Positions 9,275-18,932 are shown, counted from the first letter of the stretch. The stretch is 32,000 nt of DNA from an uncultured Actinomycetota bacterium (GCA_963730165.1 CAVSQS010000005.1:40117-72116), one strand, 5' to 3'. Notes: generated from the sequence alone by a model not told the origin. Translations and numbers: made by a program.

Positions 9275-10393
9275 TCAGGCCCTCGCCGCGGCCTTCTCCT
9301 GGGCCTTGCGCCACCGGATGCCGGCCTCGATGAACTCGTCGATGTCGCCGTCGAATACCTTGTCGGGGTTGCCGACCTCGTGTTCGGTCCGCAGGTCCTT
9401 GACCATCTGGTACGGCTGCAGGACGTAGGAGCGCATCTGGTCGCCCCAGCTGGCCTTGATGTCGCCGGCGAGTTCCTTGCGCTCGGCGGCCTCCTCGGCC
9501 TTCCGCATGAGCAGCAGCCGGGACTGGAGGACGCGCAGCGCCGCCGCACGGTTCTGGATCTGGCTCTTCTCGTTCTGCATCGACACGACGATGCCCGTGG
9601 GCAGGTGCGTCATCCGGACCGCGGAGTCGGTGGTGTTGACCGACTGCCCACCGGGACCGCTGGAGCGGAAGACGTCGACCTTGATCTCGTTCTCGGGGAT
9701 GTCGACCGTGTCGTTGGACTCGATGAGCGGCACGACCTCGACGGCGGCGAAGCTCGTCTGGCGGCGGCCCTGGTTGTCGAACGGGCTGATCCGCACCAGC
9801 CGGTGCGTGCCGCCCTCGACCGACAGGTTGCCGTAGGCGTACGGCACGTCGACCTCGAAGGTGGCGGACTTCAGGCCGGCCTCCTCGGCGTAGGAGGTGT
9901 CCAGGACCTTGGTCGGGTAGCCGTGCCGCTCGGCCCAGCGCAGGTACATGCGCAGGAGCATCTCGGCGAAGTCGGCAGCGTCCACACCCCCGGCGCCCGC
10001 CCGGATGGTGACGACGGCCGCCCGCTCGTCGTACTCACCGGAGAGGAGGGTGCGCACCTCGAGCTCGCCCACTGCCTTGCGCAGTCCGGCGAGCTCACGC
10101 TCGGCCTCGACCATGGTGTCGGCGTCGTCCTCCTCCTGCCCGAGCTCGACGAGGGCCTCGAGGTCGTCGATGCGAGCATCCATCCCCGTGACCCGGTCGC
10201 GCTCGACCTTGGCCCGGGACAGCCCCGAGGTCACCTGCTGGGCACGCTCCTGGTCGTCCCACAGCGAGGGATCGGCTGCCTGCTGCTCGAAGTCGCGGAT
10301 CTGCTCCTCGAGCCTGGTGAGGTCGGTGACCTCACGGACCGACGCCATGGTCGAGCGCAGGTCCTTGATCTCCTGGGTGAAGTCGACAGCCAC
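9275..10393 (-). CDS. prfB: peptide chain release factor 2
   Basis: The GGQ motif ([23 protein letters not shown]) and the RF2-specific SPF tripeptide ([16 protein letters not shown]) are present. It is a single uninterrupted frame with no internal TGA frameshift site. I prefer GTG 10393 ([12 protein letters not shown]...) as the start; the track start is 10426. Confidence 0.93.
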   Translation of the reverse strand: MAVDFTQEIKDLRSTMASVREVTDLTRLEEQIRDFEQQAADPSLWDDQERAQQVTSGLSRAKVERDRVTGMDARIDDLEALVELGQEEDDADTMVEAERELAGLRKAVGELEVRTLLSGEYDERAAVVTIRAGAGGVDAADFAEMLLRMYLRWAERHGYPTKVLDTSYAEEAGLKSATFEVDVPYAYGNLSVEGGTHRLVRISPFDNQGRRQTSFAAVEVVPLIESNDTVDIPENEIKVDVFRSSGPGGQSVNTTDSAVRMTHLPTGIVVSMQNEKSQIQNRAAALRVLQSRLLLMRKAEEAAERKELAGDIKASWGDQMRSYVLQPYQMVKDLRTEHEVGNPDKVFDGDIDEFIEAGIRWRKAQEKAAARA

Positions 10394-10457
10394 GAGGGGC
10401 AAGCCTACGCGAGCGGGACGGGACACCGGTCCTCCGGCGTCCCGTCCGGGTGCGGAC

Positions 10458-10925
10458 TCAGCTGCGCGTGATCGCGATCTTGGCGGTCGGCTTCTCGACG
10501 TGCCGGGGAGCCGGGACGCGCACCTCGAGGATGCCGTCCTGGTAGCTCGCCGTGATGTCGTCGGCCGTCGCCCCCTCGGGCAGCCGGATGCTCCGCTGGA
10601 GGCTGCCGTAGTGGAACTCGGACCGGTAGCCCTCGGGGCGCTCCTCCTCGGAGCGCTCCTCGCGGGTCGCCATCAGGCGCAAGATGCCGTCGGCCACGGT
10701 GATGTCGACGTCCTTGTCGGGGTCGATGCCGGGCAGCTCGGCGCGGATGACGATCGTGTCGTCCTCGATGAACTCCTCGACCTTCATCGGTGTGGTGCCG
10801 GTAGGCCCGTCGCCCCAGCCCTCGCCGAAGAACCCGCGGAACATGTCACGGAACATCCGGTCCACGCGGTCCTCGGTCAGCACCAGGTCCAGCGGCCACG
10901 CGGCCTCGCGCTTGACCAGACTCAT
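10458..10925 (-). CDS. Hsp20/alpha-crystallin family small heat-shock protein
   Basis: ATG 10925 is preceded by GAAGAAGG. The alpha-crystallin domain reads [32 protein letters not shown] ... [33 protein letters not shown]. The part of the track ORF upstream of 10925 is a non-coding extension. Confidence 0.9.
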   Translation of the reverse strand: MSLVKREAAWPLDLVLTEDRVDRMFRDMFRGFFGEGWGDGPTGTTPMKVEEFIEDDTIVIRAELPGIDPDKDVDITVADGILRLMATREERSEEERPEGYRSEFHYGSLQRSIRLPEGATADDITASYQDGILEVRVPAPRHVEKPTAKIAITRS

Positions 10926-10980
10926 GGGAACACCTTCTTCCGCGCCCCCTCGAGGGAGCGCTGTCGCACCTCCCTGGGGA

Positions 10981-11016
10981 GTGGGGGAACCACCCGGTCC
11001 CCCACTTCCGAGAATA
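10981..11016 (-). promoter_or_regulatory. candidate hsp20 promoter -10 (TATTCT, complement of 11011-11016) followed by an 8-bp-arm inverted repeat (10981-11005)
   Basis: On the minus strand the sequence reads ...GGAGGACTATTCTCGGAAGTGGGGGACCGGGTGGTTCCCCCAC.... TATTCT fits the actinobacterial TAnnnT -10 pattern. The arms GTGGGGGA/TCCCCCAC start 5 nt after it, so the repeat sits around the expected transcription start, 56-80 nt upstream of the hsp20 ATG. Confidence 0.3.
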
Positions 11017-11197
11017 GTCCTCCGGGGGCGCACGCTCCACAGGGCGAACGGCGCCCCTCCCCCTGTGCCAGAGGGTGCTTCGTCACACCCGTCGAGGCCC
11101 GGCGGGGTGAGGCAGGCCACGCCCCGACGGCGCCGCCCGGAGTAGCCTGAGGGATGTCGGGAACGTGACGACGACGCCTCGACGAAGGAGGCCGGAG

Positions 11198-11575
11198 ATG
11201 GCCAGCGGGCCCACCATGACGCAGCTGAGGCAACGGCGGGCGCAGGAGGCGCTCGACGCGTTGGGCGAGGGGCGCGCCACGGCGGAGCTCATGTCGGTGC
11301 AGTGCCACCGCAGCCATCACGTCGCCGCGGTGTACGAGACCGGCGTGGGCCCCGTCATCGTCACCCATCCGGGATCGCACGGGCACGGGTCGAAGGACTT
11401 CGTCGACACCGGGCACCACGGCGCCCCCCGGGCCGAGCACCTCGACCTGCTCGACGCCGGCCGCGAGGAAGCGGGCGTCCCCGCCTGGTGCGACTGCGGG
11501 CCCGTGGTCCTCGACCGCGGTGATCTGCTCGACCGGCTCGAGGCCCGCGAGCGCCGGGTGCTCATCGGCGGGTAG
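11198..11575 (+). CDS. hypothetical small His/Cys-containing protein (125 aa), divergent from hsp20
   Basis: ATG 11198 is preceded by GAAGGAGG (11184-11191); the track start is GTG 11165. The translation is MASGPTMTQLRQRRAQEALDALGEGRATAELMSVQCHRSHHVAAVYETG...PAWCDCGPVVLDRGDLLDRLEARERRVLIGG. I recognise no family. Confidence 0.55.
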   Translation: MASGPTMTQLRQRRAQEALDALGEGRATAELMSVQCHRSHHVAAVYETGVGPVIVTHPGSHGHGSKDFVDTGHHGAPRAEHLDLLDAGREEAGVPAWCDCGPVVLDRGDLLDRLEARERRVLIGG

Positions 11576-11682
11576 GGGTCGCCGCAGCGCCCTCCCGGGC
11601 CCGGTCACCGAGGTCCTCGAGGTCGTGCTCCTCGCCCGGCCCACGGGCGCCGGGGTCGTGGCGAGCTTCCTCCGCGAGCCGG

Positions 11683-13107
11683 TCAGTCCCCCTCGACGAG
11701 GGCGGCGAAGAGCTCCACGTACTGGATCAGGTGGCGGTCCCCGAGGAAGCGGGTGCGGACCCGCTCCCGGGCGCCCCGCCCCAGGCGCTCGGCCCGGACA
11801 GGGTCCCGGAGCAGCCGGCCCAGCTGGGTGGCGAACTCGTCCAGGTCGTACGGGTCGTCGAGCAGCACGCCGCTCTCACCGTCCACGACCTGGTCCTGGA
11901 TGCCGCCCACGCCCGAGGCGATGACCGGCTTGCCCTTCCACATGGGCTCCGTCACGGTGAGACCGAATCCCTCGACGAGGCTCTTCTGGACCACCACCGT
12001 GGCGTGACGCTGAAGGGCGTTGACGAGGTGGGCGTTCTCGTCGACATCGTCCATCGGCAGGCTGCACAGGTGTATCCGACGCTGCACGGGTGCGGGCTGG
12101 TTGCGCCAGACGGCGACGCAGTCCTCGAGGACCTCGCGCCCCTCCGGGTCGTCGCTCACCCCCGACACGTCGGGCCCGACGAGCATGAGGTGGACGTCCT
12201 CGGGTAGACCCGGCAGGTGGTCGGCGAAGGAGGTGAGCACGCCCGCCATGTCCTTCAACCGGTCCCACCTGCTGACCTGGAGCACCAGCCGGGCGCCGTC
12301 CGGGACCGCTCCTCCGACCACCAGGCCCGTGTGCCGGCGGACGGTTCCGGCCGTGCCGTCGCGGCGCACGAAGGACACGCTGCCGTGGTCGTGCGCGATG
12401 TCGACGAGCCCGGCGACCCGCAGGGCGGTTGCGACGTCGGCGGCGGACAGCTCGTGGTTCTTCGCGCTGAAGGGGTCCAGTGACGGCGGGATGACCACGA
12501 GGCGCGCCGGATCCACCCACGACGGGGCGAAGGCACTCCGTGAGAAGACGACGGCGTCCGCCTCCTCGACGTAGGGGCGCAGGAAGGCCCACCCGGTGTC
12601 GGTCAGGTCCGTTGCCTCGTCGCGCCCCACGTGGCAGCGCCACACGACGTGCACGCCGAGCTCGCGCAACCCCGCCGCGAGGCCGGCCGTCTGCGGGTCG
12701 TGGAGGATCACGACGTCTCGCTCCCGCACCCGGTCCCGCAGTGCCTCCAGGTTGTGTGCGAGCACCTGCTCGTAGCGCGACCGCTCTGCCTCACCGACCG
12801 GACCACCGTCACCCGGGGCGCCGTGGAGGTGGTTGTGCAGGCGCTTGGTGAACTGGAAGAACTCCGGCGTGCCGTCGAGCACCAGCCAGCGCGTGTCCAC
12901 CCCGGCACCCCGCCCGTAGGCCAGGAGTGCCTGGAGCATCTCCGCGACCCCACCTCCCGACGCCGTGGCGTTGATGTTCCAGACCCGGCGCCCGTCGAGC
13001 AGGGACTGTGCCCGCACCGCGTACTCGCCGAGGCGGTCGGACCGCTCGGGATCGAGGTAGGCGCTCAGCCGCTGGAGGGGCGTCGGGGCGATGGTCACGT
13101 CTCGCAT
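11683..13107 (-). CDS. GT4-family glycosyltransferase, TreT-like (trehalose-synthase-type) architecture
   Basis: The N-terminal block VWNINATASGGGVAEMLQALLAYGRGAGVDTRWLVLDG..EFFQFTKRLHNHLHG resembles the TreT-type motif (NST..GGGVAE.L). The C-terminal GT-B/GT1 core reads VQKSLVEGFGLTVTEPMWKGKPVIASGVGGIQDQV. Confidence 0.65.
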   Translation of the reverse strand: MRDVTIAPTPLQRLSAYLDPERSDRLGEYAVRAQSLLDGRRVWNINATASGGGVAEMLQALLAYGRGAGVDTRWLVLDGTPEFFQFTKRLHNHLHGAPGDGGPVGEAERSRYEQVLAHNLEALRDRVRERDVVILHDPQTAGLAAGLRELGVHVVWRCHVGRDEATDLTDTGWAFLRPYVEEADAVVFSRSAFAPSWVDPARLVVIPPSLDPFSAKNHELSAADVATALRVAGLVDIAHDHGSVSFVRRDGTAGTVRRHTGLVVGGAVPDGARLVLQVSRWDRLKDMAGVLTSFADHLPGLPEDVHLMLVGPDVSGVSDDPEGREVLEDCVAVWRNQPAPVQRRIHLCSLPMDDVDENAHLVNALQRHATVVVQKSLVEGFGLTVTEPMWKGKPVIASGVGGIQDQVVDGESGVLLDDPYDLDEFATQLGRLLRDPVRAERLGRGARERVRTRFLGDRHLIQYVELFAALVEGD

Positions 13108-13147
13108 GCGCTGATGCTCACAGGTTCGTGGCCCCGCGGGCGCGCAT

Positions 13148-13657
13148 TCAGGCGCGTGGCGTCGGATCGGTGCAAGCTCGTGCCCGCGCGGCCGTCGAGA
13201 TGGCCTCGAGCACGGCGACGGCTGCCGCCGGGACGGCCGCCGCCACTTCCGGGGTGAGGCCCGGCCAGTACTCGAGGCTTCCGGCCTCGACGCCCACGAC
13301 GGTGACCTCCCGGGGGAGCCGTCCGAGGGCCCGACCGAGCTCGACGGCGCTCACCAGCCCGAACGCGTGCGTGCCCCCGCGGCCCGTGCGTGCCCACGCG
13401 TCCTCACCGAGCGGCGGCCGGTCGGCTCCGGTGCGCAGCACGAGCACGGTGCCCGGCGCCACCCCCGAGCGGAGGGCGTCGACGACGACCACCAGTTCCC
13501 GACCCTCCCAGAGCAGGGTGAGGTCGGTGGGGTCCTCGTGGCTGACGACCTCGACCTCCGGCCCCGTCAGTGCCGCCACCCGGCCCGCGACCACCGGGCC
13601 GACCCCGTCGTCACCCCGGTCGGGATTGCCGAGCCCGACGACGAGCACCGGGCGCAT
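13148..13657 (-). CDS. [NiFe] hydrogenase maturation endopeptidase (HycI/HoxW-type)
   Basis: MRPVLVVGLGNPDRGDDGVGPVVA... followed by VVVDAL and GTHAFGL fits the hydrogenase protease signature (GxGNxxxxDDGxG). ATG 13657 lies 3 nt after the large-subunit stop. Confidence 0.85.
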   Translation of the reverse strand: MRPVLVVGLGNPDRGDDGVGPVVAGRVAALTGPEVEVVSHEDPTDLTLLWEGRELVVVVDALRSGVAPGTVLVLRTGADRPPLGEDAWARTGRGGTHAFGLVSAVELGRALGRLPREVTVVGVEAGSLEYWPGLTPEVAAAVPAAAVAVLEAISTAARARACTDPTPRA

Positions 13658-13659
13658 GC

Positions 13660-14970
13660 TCACCCGCGGTGCACCGTGAGGTCGAGGAAGTGGGTCGCGC
13701 AGGAGATGCACGGGTCGTAGTTGCGGATGGCCTGCTCGCAGCGGTGGGTCAGCACGTGCTGGTCGAGGTCGGACCAGGCGCCGACGAGGGTGCGCAGGTC
13801 GGCCTCGATGCTCGGTTGGTTCTGCGAGGTCGGTGGCACGATCTGCGCGTCGCGGATCGTCCCCTGCTCGTCGAGCACGTACCGGTGGAAGAGCACGCCC
13901 CTCGGGGCCTCGCTCGCCCCGAACCCCTCCCCCGCCCGCGGCGGCACGGCCACGCTGGGAGCCGCGCCGTCATGCCACCCGTCGACGAGCCGCAGCGCCT
14001 CGTCGAAGGCCTCGACGAGCTCGACCGCGCGGACGATGATGGACCGGAACGGGTTGCGGCACACCGGGCCCAGGCCTGCGCGAGCGGCGGCCTCACGGGC
14101 GTTGGCGCCGAGCCGGTCGGCGTTGAGCGAGTAGCGCGCCAGCGGCCCCACCACGTAGGGCTCCGCCGCGCCGTCGAGCCGGGCGTGCAGCGCGTTGGAG
14201 TGCGGCACGTGGACCTCCTCGATGTGGCGGGTGAAGTCGCGCACGTCGAAGGAGCCACCGGCGGAGGTGACCACGCGCCCCGCCTCGATCGGGTAGCCCT
14301 GCTCGGGTCGGAGAGCGAGGTAGACGTAGGGCTGCTCGAGGTCGGGGAAGTCGAAGCCGGCCACGAGGTCGACGGTGGCCAGGGCGTCCTCGAGGCCACG
14401 CTCGAGCCGAGGGCGCAGCGCGAGCAGCTCCTCGCGGGTCGGCATCCGGTGGAAGCCGCCGACCCGGACGTTCACCGGGTGCACCGAGCGGCCGCCGACC
14501 ACGTCCATCAGCTCGTTGCCGACCTTCTTCATCCGCAGGCCCCGCTCGACCGCGGCCGGGTGGTCACGGGCCATCTCGATGGCGCCGTCGTACCCGAGGA
14601 AGTCGGGCGCGTGAAGCAGGTGGATGTGCAGGGCGTGGCTCTCGATCCACTCGCCGCAGTACAGCAAACGGCGCAGGTCGCGGATCGCGTCGGTGACCGC
14701 GACCCCGCAGGCGTCCTCGACGGCCCAGCAGGAGCTCGTCTGGTACGCGACCGGGCAGATGCCGCAGATCCGCGCGGTGATGTCGGGCGGCTCGGTGTGG
14801 GCACGGCCCCGGAGGAAGCCCTCGAAGAAGCGCGGCGGCTCGTAGATGCGCAGCTGCACGTCGGCGACCTCGCCGTCGCGGTACTCGATGTGCATGGCGC
14901 CCTCGCCCTCGACCCGGGCGAGGGTGCCGACGTGCAGGGTGCGCCGGCCGTCGTCGGTCTGCTGGGTCAT
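13660..14970 (-). CDS. hyhL: [NiFe] hydrogenase large (alpha) subunit, group 3b-type
   Basis: The N-terminal metal-binding motif is [10 protein letters not shown] and the C-terminal one is DPCISCATH, followed by a short FLDLTVHRG extension that serves as the protease substrate. ATG 14970 overlaps the small-subunit stop (ATGA). Confidence 0.9.
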   Translation of the reverse strand: MTQQTDDGRRTLHVGTLARVEGEGAMHIEYRDGEVADVQLRIYEPPRFFEGFLRGRAHTEPPDITARICGICPVAYQTSSCWAVEDACGVAVTDAIRDLRRLLYCGEWIESHALHIHLLHAPDFLGYDGAIEMARDHPAAVERGLRMKKVGNELMDVVGGRSVHPVNVRVGGFHRMPTREELLALRPRLERGLEDALATVDLVAGFDFPDLEQPYVYLALRPEQGYPIEAGRVVTSAGGSFDVRDFTRHIEEVHVPHSNALHARLDGAAEPYVVGPLARYSLNADRLGANAREAAARAGLGPVCRNPFRSIIVRAVELVEAFDEALRLVDGWHDGAAPSVAVPPRAGEGFGASEAPRGVLFHRYVLDEQGTIRDAQIVPPTSQNQPSIEADLRTLVGAWSDLDQHVLTHRCEQAIRNYDPCISCATHFLDLTVHRG

Positions 14971-15809
14971 CGGTGCGTCTCCTCGGGGGTCGCGGCGCTC
15001 TCGTGCCGCTCGCTCTCGCGGCGGAACGGCTCGGCCGCGGCGTTGAAGGTGCGGAAGAGCCGCATGACATCCGGGTCCTCGAGCCCCAGGTCGTGGAGCC
15101 GGTCGGCCAGCGAGGAGGTGTTGGGCGAGTCCTGCGGGCCGAAGCACCCGTAGCAGCCGCGGTCGAAGGCGGGGCACAGGGCGCCGCACCCGGCCTGGGT
15201 CACCGGGCCCAGGCACGGGGTGCCGTGGGCGACCGTGACGCAGACGGTGCCGCGCCGCTTGCACTCGACGCAGACGCTGGAGGTGGCGATGCGTGGCGCG
15301 CGGTCCTGCAGGGTCGCGGCGAGCACCTCGAGGAGCTGGCCCCGGTCGACCGGGCAGCCGCGCAGCTCGAGGTCGACGCTGACGTGGGCCGAGATGGGGG
15401 TGGACCGCGCCAGGGTCGAGAGGTACTCGGGGTGGGCGTAGACGACGGAGCGGAACTCGGCGACGTCGGCGAAGTTGCGCAGCGCCTGGATGCCGCCCGC
15501 GGTCGCGCACGCTCCGATGGTGACGAGGCGACGGCTCATCCGACGGATCTGCTGGATCCGCTCCAGGTCCTCGGGGGTGGTGACCGACCCCTCGACGAGG
15601 GAGAGGTCGTAGGGCCCCTCGACGACCGCGCGGGTCGCCTCCGGGAAGTACGCGATCTGCACCGCGCCGGCGAGCTCGAGCAGCTCGTCCTCGCAGTTGA
15701 GCAGGGTCAACTGACAGCCGTCGCAGGAGGCGAACTTCCACACCGCGAGGGTGGGCCGGGCCCGCCGGGCGCCGGGCCCGAGCACGGGGTGGCCGTCGGT
15801 GACCGTCAT
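14967..15809 (-). CDS. hyhS: [NiFe] hydrogenase small (delta) subunit, group 3-type
   Basis: The block [27 protein letters not shown]...GSVTTPED...[14 protein letters not shown], plus C-terminal Cys clusters ([36 protein letters not shown]), is typical of Fe-S small subunits. Confidence 0.88.
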   Translation of the reverse strand: MTVTDGHPVLGPGARRARPTLAVWKFASCDGCQLTLLNCEDELLELAGAVQIAYFPEATRAVVEGPYDLSLVEGSVTTPEDLERIQQIRRMSRRLVTIGACATAGGIQALRNFADVAEFRSVVYAHPEYLSTLARSTPISAHVSVDLELRGCPVDRGQLLEVLAATLQDRAPRIATSSVCVECKRRGTVCVTVAHGTPCLGPVTQAGCGALCPAFDRGCYGCFGPQDSPNTSSLADRLHDLGLEDPDVMRLFRTFNAAAEPFRRESERHESAATPEETHR

Positions 15810-15811
15810 CG

Positions 15812-16666
15812 TCAGACCTCCGCCCTGGTGATCAACGGCTCGAGCACGTCGTAGGTGAGCACCGGCCCGTCGACGCAGACGAAGTGCTCGCGCAACTGGC
15901 AGTGGCCGCACAGCCCGATGCCGCACTTCATGTTGCGCTCCATCGACAGGCGCAGCCTGTCCTTCCGCACCCCGCGTTGGGTCAGCGCCGCGGCGGCGTA
16001 GCGCATCATCACCTCGGGTCCGCAGACGAGCGCCAGGGTGTTCGTCGCGTCGAACCCGCCGCGGGCGACGAGCTGGGTGACGAGCCCGACCCGCCCTCGC
16101 CACGCGTGCTGTCCGTTGTCGACGGTCACCTCGACGTCGATGCCGTGCTCCTGCGCCCACGTGCGCAGGTCGTCGCCGAAGAGGATGTCCTCCGGCGTGC
16201 GGGCGCCGTAGAGGAGGAGGACCCGCCCGTAGTCGCCGCGGGCGCGGCACACCTCGATGATCGCCGGCCGCAGCGGGGCCAGGCCGATGCCGCCGGCGAC
16301 GAAGACGACGTCGCCGCCCCGGCCCGCCGAGACCTCCCACCCGGTGCCGAACGGGCCGCGCACGCCGAGCTCGGTGCCCGGCACCGAGCGCACCAGCGCC
16401 CGGGTGACCGACCCGACGTCGCGGATCGTGTGCTCGAGCCGCTCGGGGCGGGCCGGGTCGCCGCTGATCGAGATCGGCGCCTCACCGACGCCGAAGGCCT
16501 GCAGCATCGTGAACTGCCCCGGCCGGAAGACCAAGGGAGGTCCGTCGACGGCCTCGAGGACCAGCGTGTAGGTGTCGCGCGTGTCCTGCCGATGGTGGCG
16601 GACCACGTACGGGCTGGGACGGAAGGGGTCGGCGGCGGCGTGGCCGCGGTCGGCGAGGAGGCTCAT
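15812..16666 (-). CDS. hyhG: hydrogenase gamma subunit: FAD/NAD(P)-binding oxidoreductase with C-terminal [2Fe-2S] motif
   Basis: The gene has a ferredoxin-reductase-type fold ([31 protein letters not shown]) and a terminal [12 protein letters not shown] motif, making it PyrK/AsrB-like. ATG 16666 overlaps the upstream stop (ATGA). Confidence 0.85.
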   Translation of the reverse strand: MSLLADRGHAAADPFRPSPYVVRHHRQDTRDTYTLVLEAVDGPPLVFRPGQFTMLQAFGVGEAPISISGDPARPERLEHTIRDVGSVTRALVRSVPGTELGVRGPFGTGWEVSAGRGGDVVFVAGGIGLAPLRPAIIEVCRARGDYGRVLLLYGARTPEDILFGDDLRTWAQEHGIDVEVTVDNGQHAWRGRVGLVTQLVARGGFDATNTLALVCGPEVMMRYAAAALTQRGVRKDRLRLSMERNMKCGIGLCGHCQLREHFVCVDGPVLTYDVLEPLITRAEV

Positions 16667-17124
16667 GCGGCTCCCCCGTAGAGGTCGACCAGCCGCACCC
16701 GGGCCGACTGGACCCGGTCGGCCATCACGGTGACCACCCGCTGGAGGAGTGCGTAGCCGACGGCGGGGTCCTCCTCGGCCTTGGCCCGCAGGCACGCGCC
16801 GTCGAAGGCGATCGCGCTGGTCTGCTCGGTCGCGCAGGCGTCGAACATCCAGCGGTACGGCGGGACGAGCCAGGACCAGCCGACGACGTCGTCGTCGTGG
16901 ACCGTGTCCACGACGACGTCGGGCCCGGCGGCGGCCCGCACCTCGAGGCTGACCCGGCCGTGCCGCACGACGTAGAAGGTGTCGGCCGGGTCACCCTCGT
17001 GGAACAGGTGCTCCCCCGGCCGGAAGTGGACGTTCTGGGCGCAGCCGGCGACGAGCCCGGCGACCGACTCGTCGAGCCCCTGGAAGAAGGGGTGCTGGGG
17101 CAGGTACTCCGCGATGGTGCGCAC
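16663..17124 (-). CDS. stand-alone cyclic-nucleotide-binding-like (CAP-fold) domain protein, no DNA-binding domain
   Basis: The 153-aa translation [50 protein letters not shown] has the cNMP-domain beta-roll signature. The region where the phosphate-binding cassette would be reads [24 protein letters not shown] 17124 is preceded by GGAG and lies 9 nt after the beta-subunit stop. Confidence 0.75.
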   Translation of the reverse strand: MRTIAEYLPQHPFFQGLDESVAGLVAGCAQNVHFRPGEHLFHEGDPADTFYVVRHGRVSLEVRAAAGPDVVVDTVHDDDVVGWSWLVPPYRWMFDACATEQTSAIAFDGACLRAKAEEDPAVGYALLQRVVTVMADRVQSARVRLVDLYGGAA

Positions 17125-17133
17125 GACGGCTCC

Positions 17134-18315
17134 TCACTCGCCTCCCGGGCCCGCGGCGGCGACGGGCTCCGGCTGGTGCGACCCGGGGAGCCCTCGCAGG
17201 ACCGCGGCCTCCTCGGTGATGTCGATCCCGACCGGACACCACGTGATGCAGCGACCGCAGCCGACGCAGCCCGAGCTGCCGAACTGGTCCTGCCACGCGG
17301 CCAGCTTGTGCGTCATCCACTGGCGGTACCTCGACGAGGAGGACTCGCGCACCGTGCCGCCGTGGATGTACGAGAAGGCGGAGGTGAAGCACGAGTCCCA
17401 CACCCGGTGCCGCTCGACCCGGTCGCCGACGAGGTCGGTGGTGTCCTCGATCGAGGTGCAGAAGCACGTGGGGCACACGAGGGTGCAGTTGGTGCACGAG
17501 AGGCACCGGGTGGCCACCTCGCTCCACCGGGGACTGTCGACGCTCGCGTAGAGCAGCTCCTTGAGGCCCTGGGTGTCGAGCTGCCGGCCCATCCGACGGA
17601 TGGCCCGCGCGGTGACGTCGTCGGCGGCGGCGAGGTCCTCCGCTGCGGGTGGTGCGCTCGGCACCGCCTCCAGCACCTCCCGGCCGCGCTCGCTCCCGAC
17701 CTCGACGAGAAATCGGTGCCCGCCGCCCAGGAGCTCGGTGAGGACGAGGTCGACCGCGTCGTGCTCGGGGTCGGGCCTGGGGCCGGTGCCCATCGACGCG
17801 CAGAAGCAGGTGCCGCCGGGGTCGGCGCAGGCGACGGCGACGACGAAGGCGCCCTCCCGCCGGGCGGAGTAGCTCGGGTCGGTGAACCGACGCGCGGTGA
17901 GGACCGTGTCGTGGATCCCGACGGCGGCGACGTCGCAGGAGCGCACACCGATCAGCGCGTACGGCCCGCGTCGGCCGGTGTCGTCCTCGTCGGTGGGCTC
18001 GAGGTCGGCGCCGCGGCGGTCGGGGCGGCGGTGGCCGCGCCAGAGCAGCTCGTCGGCGGGGAAGAAGACCGGCTTCGCGGCCTGTGCGGCGGCGGCGAAG
18101 CCGAAGAAGGCCTCGTCGGTGCGCTCCCGCACGCGGTAGGTGCCGGGGGCCTGCTCGTCCCCGACGCCCCGAGGCAGGTCGTCGACGCCGGAGAGTGGTG
18201 CGGTGACGACGGCACCACCGCGGACCGTGGGTCCGAGGACGGTGAAACCTCGGTCGTGCAGGGCCTCGATGAGGGCCTGCAGGCCGGCGACGTCGATCAT
18301 CCGGTTCTCGACCAT
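17134..18315 (-). CDS. hyhB: hydrogenase beta subunit: 4Fe-4S dicluster protein (AsrA/HydB-like)
   Basis: ATG 18315 is preceded by GGGAGG. Two ferredoxin-type cluster motifs are present, [16 protein letters not shown] and [14 protein letters not shown]. The track ORF 17134..18645 carries a non-coding 5' extension. Confidence 0.8.
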   Translation of the reverse strand: MVENRMIDVAGLQALIEALHDRGFTVLGPTVRGGAVVTAPLSGVDDLPRGVGDEQAPGTYRVRERTDEAFFGFAAAAQAAKPVFFPADELLWRGHRRPDRRGADLEPTDEDDTGRRGPYALIGVRSCDVAAVGIHDTVLTARRFTDPSYSARREGAFVVAVACADPGGTCFCASMGTGPRPDPEHDAVDLVLTELLGGGHRFLVEVGSERGREVLEAVPSAPPAAEDLAAADDVTARAIRRMGRQLDTQGLKELLYASVDSPRWSEVATRCLSCTNCTLVCPTCFCTSIEDTTDLVGDRVERHRVWDSCFTSAFSYIHGGTVRESSSSRYRQWMTHKLAAWQDQFGSSGCVGCGRCITWCPVGIDITEEAAVLRGLPGSHQPEPVAAAGPGGE

Positions 18316-18333
18316 CACGCCTCCCGCGGCGCC

Positions 18334-18356
18334 GGGGTGGACCCACTGTCCACCCC
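18334..18356. promoter_or_regulatory. 23-bp palindrome GGGGTGGAC-CCACT-GTCCACCCC immediately upstream of the hyhB RBS
   Basis: Perfect 9-bp arms (18334-18342 / 18348-18356) with a 5-nt spacer, located 19-41 nt upstream of the hyhB ATG. It is either an operator or an RNA hairpin. Confidence 0.35.
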
Positions 18357-18476
18357 CTCCACCGTAGGGGTTCCGGGCGGGCCGGCGGCTGTGAGATCGG
18401 ACATGCCCGCCGGTCACCGGCAGCGGGGCGGGGTGTCGGCGTCGGACGGGGCTCTCCCGGCGCCGAAGGGTCGTGG

Positions 18477-18932
18477 TCACGGTGCGGTCAGGACGTCGGA
18501 GCGGGCCGCTGAGGTGACCGAGATCGTGATCGAGACCCCGAGGTCGCGCAGGAACGACCCCACCATCGGCAGCTCCGCCTCGCCGATGAGTGCGACCACC
18601 GCGGTGCGCCCGTCGGGGCTGCCGGTGCGCGGGCCCAGCCGCCATCGGCTGACCCCGCCCGGTCGCCGGGCCGAGCCCACGTAGGCGGCGGCGCGCTCGC
18701 GCACCGAGGCGTCGCTCAGCGGTACGGCGTCACCGAGTCCGCGGTCGTATGCCGTGGCGTCGAGGGCGTTGGCGGCCTCGAGCGCGGCCCCGTCCGCGAC
18801 GTCGAGCAGCCGGATCCGCGCCAGGTGGGCGGAGGTGACCGCGACCGTCCCCGCGACGAGGACCATGGCGATGACGGCCAGACCCAGCAGGTAGAGACTG
18901 ATCGAGCCGCGCTCGTCCCGCTGCCCCGTCAC
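18477..18932 (-). CDS. TadE/TadG-like pseudopilin-type protein (third of three)
   Basis: GTG 18932 overlaps the upstream stop (GTGA). The N-terminus VTGQRDERGSISLYLLGLAVIAMVLVAGTVAV is a charged leader ending in ERG followed by a single hydrophobic helix. Confidence 0.75.
   Translation of the reverse strand: MTGQRDERGSISLYLLGLAVIAMVLVAGTVAVTSAHLARIRLLDVADGAALEAANALDATAYDRGLGDAVPLSDASVRERAAAYVGSARRPGGVSRWRLGPRTGSPDGRTAVVALIGEAELPMVGSFLRDLGVSITISVTSAARSDVLTAP

Noticed and set aside
9275-10426. I looked for the programmed +1 frameshift site (CTT TGA C) typical of many prfB genes.
   Set aside because: The RF2 frame is continuous from start to stop with no internal in-frame TGA, so no frameshift element is claimed.
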